From assembly GCA_965248595.1 (NCBI GenBank), contig CBDFJM010000007.1, positions 383,133-447,132 on the forward strand: a DNA stretch of 64,000 nucleotides, given 5' to 3'. The notes beneath the pieces are model-generated. The model had not been told where the DNA came from. It did not search any database and saw nothing but the letters and a program-made list of their open reading frames with translations. A program made the position numbers and the translations under genes. Shown in pieces: positions 62,646-64,000 of this stretch. The stretch's first letter is position 1, and every line of letters begins with the position of its first letter. This stretch comes from Dehalococcoidia bacterium (lineage in GTDB: Bacteria; Chloroflexota; Dehalococcoidia; Lucifugimonadales; SHYF01).

Positions 62646-63758
62646 TTAGTAGCTAGTCCGTCCTTTGACACCGATGTTATACCTATCCAGCGCTTCTTTA
62701 TCCACGGCCACGCCTAGCCCAGGTCCCAGTGGGGTGGTAAGCACGCCATTGGATGGCAAAAGTGGTGTCGAAAGCAGGTCGCTTTCCAGGAGAAGCCCTG
62801 TGGCCAGGCCATGGGCAAAGGGATGGGATGTTAGCAGCGAGGCCAAATGGGCGCTAGCCGCTATGCCCACGCCCGATTCCAGGGAAGATGTGACCACCAC
62901 CGGGTTTTCAGCTTTTGACGCTAGACGTATCACCTCTTGGGCGCTGTCCAGGCTGCCGAGTCGCCCCGCCTTCAGGACAAAAAGGTCTGCGGAGTCCGCC
63001 GCCAGAAGCTTCCGCATATCGTCCGTTGAGCCCAGAGCTTCGTCAGCGGCTATGGGTACTGAGACGGCGCGTCGCACCTCCGTCAAGCCAAGGATGTCCT
63101 TCGCGAAAACGGGTTGCTCCACGTACTCCAGGCCATACGGAGCCAGCCGGTGGATCGCTTCAATGGCCTGGGATACGCTCCATCCTTGGTTGGGGTCAAT
63201 ACGCAGCATCGCCTTGGGGCCTACCTCCTCTCGCACCGATGCGACCAACGTCTCGTCCTGGTCTATCGTTCCCAGGGCGACCTTGAGCTTGAAGCTGGTG
63301 AAGCCCAACGCTACCCCTTCCTTCGCCTCGCTCACCGCTTCCTCAGGCGTCTCCGCTGCGATGAGGCAGTTCACAGGCACTGGATGCGCCGTACCGCCGA
63401 GTAGCGCAGCCACGGAGCAAGTGAGGGCCTTTCCCTGGAGATCGAGGAGGGCCGTTTCGATGCCAAAGCGGACAACAGGTGGGACATCTGAGGTTAGCAG
63501 GCGGTGCCACGCCAGGGGCCTGGACAGGTCTTTGCCAAGCAGCTCCGGCGCCAGTGCCCCGATGGACCTGGCAATCTCTTCCACCTCTGACCTGGTGCCT
63601 ACCCCTACCGGCGAGGCCTCCCCCACACCCACCAGCCCGGTATCGGCGTGCAGAAACAGGAGGAGGCCGTATCTGACCGTGGCTCTGGTATTGGAGGCTA
63701 TATACGGCTGGCGGAAAGGCACAGCAAACCCCTGCCAGGCTATACTGGTAAGTTTCAC
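62646..63758 (-). CDS. menC: Enolase-superfamily enzyme, probable o-succinylbenzoate synthase
   Basis: 370-aa mandelate racemase/muconate-lactonizing-type ORF (..VGVGEASP.., ..FKLKV.., ..IDPNQGW.., ..PIAADE..). The assignment to MenC rests on its men-cluster context. Confidence 0.7.
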   Translation of the reverse strand: MKLTSIAWQGFAVPFRQPYIASNTRATVRYGLLLFLHADTGLVGVGEASPVGVGTRSEVEEIARSIGALAPELLGKDLSRPLAWHRLLTSDVPPVVRFGIETALLDLQGKALTCSVAALLGGTAHPVPVNCLIAAETPEEAVSEAKEGVALGFTSFKLKVALGTIDQDETLVASVREEVGPKAMLRIDPNQGWSVSQAIEAIHRLAPYGLEYVEQPVFAKDILGLTEVRRAVSVPIAADEALGSTDDMRKLLAADSADLFVLKAGRLGSLDSAQEVIRLASKAENPVVVTSSLESGVGIAASAHLASLLTSHPFAHGLATGLLLESDLLSTPLLPSNGVLTTPLGPGLGVAVDKEALDRYNIGVKGRTSY

Positions 63759-63791
63759 TGGGCTACCCTTTTGGAAGAGGGGTTCAAAACG

Positions 63792-64000
63792 ATGTTAGAC
63801 CTAGGCGTAGACGTGACGGGCCCGTTGCACGGAGTCCGGGTACTGGACATAAGCCGTATCCTGTCAGGCCCGTTCTGCACTATGCTTCTCGCAGACCTAG
63901 GGGCCGACGTCGTGAAAGTAGAACAGCCGGCGGTCGGCGACCCGGCGCGCAACCTGGGCCCACAGGTGGGAACCGATGCAGCGTACTTCATGAGCGTGAA
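63792..64000 (+). CDS. CaiB/BaiF-family CoA-transferase, 5' part (runs off window)
   Basis: Not in the ORF track. The ATG at 63792 gives MLDLGVDVTGPLHGVRVLDISRILSGPFCTMLLADLGADVVKVEQPAVGDPARNLGP.., the family III N-terminal signature. Confidence 0.8.
   Translation, partial: MLDLGVDVTGPLHGVRVLDISRILSGPFCTMLLADLGADVVKVEQPAVGDPARNLGPQVGTDAAYFMSV

Noticed and set aside
62665-63798. 377-aa plus-strand ORF
   Set aside because: It is antisense to the enolase-superfamily (menC-like) gene, which has recognisable family blocks. The plus-strand product is low-complexity S/R/T/A-rich.

Overview
This is a GC-rich bacterial chromosomal window. The gene content looks Chloroflexota-like, which is inference only; no search was run. 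Supporting genes are LexA, a DUF3090/SCO1664 pair, an F420-type LLM oxidoreductase, several CaiB/BaiF CoA-transferases and Gfo/Idh/MocA oxidoreductases, and PT-linker surface proteins with CARDB repeats.

Gene order:
- 2-oxoacid dehydrogenase E1alpha/E1beta/E2 operon
- two desulforedoxin-like mini-genes that fall below the ORF-track cutoff
- lexA, rpsT, rel
- an HtrA-fold lipoprotein with a degenerate catalytic triad
- prfA-prmC
- LysR plus a tiny divergent ORF
- PAC2-like and ChrB-like genes
- a CoA-transferase/oxidoreductase-rich block with an orphan, C-terminally anchored solute-binding protein
- LLM oxidoreductase, amidase, MacB-type ABC pair, SDR, a broken arsC
- a ~10-kb three-gene locus of giant surface proteins
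- ispH, queF
- IMPase-SCO1664-DUF3090
- an acoA/B/C/X-like operon
- tRNA-Arg(TCG)
- an MFS gene split by two different IS256-family elements
- a CADD-like di-iron protein, TetR
- menF-menD-menH-(THEP1-like NTPase)-menC, then a third CaiB-type gene running off the window

Most notable observations:
- the surface-protein locus with three different C-terminal anchor types
- many precisely reconstructible gene lesions
- two dispersed intergenic repeat families
- an 812-bp IS fragment duplicated 36.6 kb apart
- a 22-bp direct repeat bracketing the ABC operon

All homology statements are by-eye recognition from memory and need database confirmation.
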